Positions 63,219-64,000 of a stretch of DNA of 64,000 bases are shown here, one piece after another. This DNA comes from a virus. Location: IMG/VR virus record IMGVR_UViG_3300032293_001706, positions 126,553 through 190,552 of that record. One strand, written 5' to 3'. A model generated the notes under the pieces. That model ran no database searches. It had not been told where the DNA came from and saw only the letters and a program-made list of their open reading frames with translations. Made by a program: the position numbers and the translations under genes. Positions within the stretch are counted from its first letter, which is position 1; the number at the start of each line of letters is the position of its first letter.

Positions 63219-64000
63219 ATGGAAAAACAAATAATATTAGAATTTCTTAATGACTTCACAAAAGGTTATGATATATATCATCATAATGGTTCCATGTGGT
63301 TTATTTTAACCGAAGATAGAAAGTGGTTAATAGAATTAGATAAAAAAGGAACTTTGTGGTATAACTATCATTTTTTTTCGGGTATTTTTAGGTATGTAGC
63401 AATGGAATACCCTGATTTTACACCATATATAACAAAGTGGGTTGAAGACACCATTCAAAATGGGGTTAAGAACACCTACTTGCCGTTCAGGTTTTCCACG
63501 AAGCGAGTTGAAGACACCATTCAAAATGGGGTTAAGAACACCCACCAAACCAGTGGGTGCCGTGAAATTGGAGTTGAAGACACCATTCAAAATGGGGTTA
63601 AGAACACCGTTTGTGGTGAGCGATTCGCAGCAGGGAATGTTGAAGACACCATTCAAAATGGGGTTAAGAACACCAGAAATAAAAACTACGAGCCTGAAGG
63701 TTACGTTGAAGACACCATTCAAAATGGGGTTAAGAACACCTATTCAGACGTGATATATCACGTCTCCTACGTTGAAGACACCATTCAAAATGGGGTTAAG
63801 AACACCTATTTTGACTTCGAAAAACCCCTGCAGGAAGTTGAAGACACCATTCAAAATGGGGTTAAGAACACCCATTGCGTAGCGTCGTCCGTAGGTGATG
63901 GCGTTGAAGACACCATTCAAAATGGGGTTAAGAACACCAGTGCGTTTAAATTTGCAATAATGAACGCAGTTGAAGACACCATTCAAAATGGGGTTAAGAA
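63219..64000 (+). CDS. ~74-aa conserved domain fused in frame to the CRISPR-like array (3' truncated; absent from ORF track)
   Basis: ATG 63219, MEKQIILEFLNDF...MEYPDFTPYITKW, then (VEDTIQNGVKNT + 10 variable aa)n with no stop to the window end. Confidence 0.85.
   Translation, partial: MEKQIILEFLNDFTKGYDIYHHNGSMWFILTEDRKWLIELDKKGTLWYNYHFFSGIFRYVAMEYPDFTPYITKWVEDTIQNGVKNTYLPFRFSTKRVEDTIQNGVKNTHQTSGCREIGVEDTIQNGVKNTVCGERFAAGNVEDTIQNGVKNTRNKNYEPEGYVEDTIQNGVKNTYSDVIYHVSYVEDTIQNGVKNTYFDFEKPLQEVEDTIQNGVKNTHCVASSVGDGVEDTIQNGVKNTSAFKFAIMNAVEDTIQNGVK
63441..64000. CRISPR. CRISPR-like array B: at least 9 identical 36-nt repeats and 8 unique 30-nt spacers
   Basis: GTTGAAGACACCATTCAAAATGGGGTTAAGAACACC at 63441, 63507, 63573, 63639, 63705, 63771, 63837, 63903 and 63969 (cut by the window edge). 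Confidence 0.85.

Noticed and set aside
63336-63986. ORF-track entries 63336-63722, 63442-63753 and 63744-63986
   Set aside because: Shadow frames caused by a stop-free repeat. The real frame starts at 63219, where the conserved domain lies.
63441-64000. Diversity-generating retroelement or TIGR array as the explanation
   Set aside because: Spacers are not related by adenine-only changes, and no RT or template repeat is present. There are no box C/D motifs or dual-spacer layout.
1-64000. Prophage or cellular origin; tRNA/rRNA genes
   Set aside because: No integrase or att site and no housekeeping operons; gene content fits a large lytic phage. No cloverleaf or rRNA-like stretch was noticed by eye; tRNAscan-SE would be decisive.

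Overview
AT-rich segment of a large tailed dsDNA phage, most likely infecting Bacteroidota. Host evidence: Bacteroidota-type TTTG-N20-TAnnTTTG promoters, a Bacteroidota-like primary sigma factor, SprB-like repeats and an Hc1-like protein. Layout: 1-13 kb and 21.4-27.9 kb baseplate/tail/fibre genes (LamG lectins, Pro/Thr- and Gly/Ser-rich stalks); 13.2-21.4 kb a glycosyltransferase/methyltransferase island; 31-39 kb replication/recombination genes (RuvC-like, primase, PD-(D/E)XK nuclease, SbcD, and an SbcC broken by an atypically split intein with a free-standing Vsr-like homing endonuclease between the halves); 40-44 kb sigma70 and probable lysis genes; a complete tnpB-only IS200/IS605-family element; then DnaJ, Dam, thioredoxin/glutaredoxin, a degenerate MetK homologue, glutamine synthetase II and guanylate kinase. 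The standout feature is four CRISPR-like arrays (36-nt repeat, exact 30-nt unique spacers of about 47% GC) at 28.7, 29.1, 30.1 and 63.4-64.0 kb. Each lies in frame inside a protein-coding ORF, directly after a conserved ~75-aa domain ending PDFxPYIxKW. All 16 spacers are stop-free in that frame. The two repeat types differ by compensatory changes that keep a hairpin. I recognised no cas, reverse transcriptase or integrase gene in the window. All protein calls come from motif recognition by eye, not database searches. I noticed no tRNA or rRNA genes.
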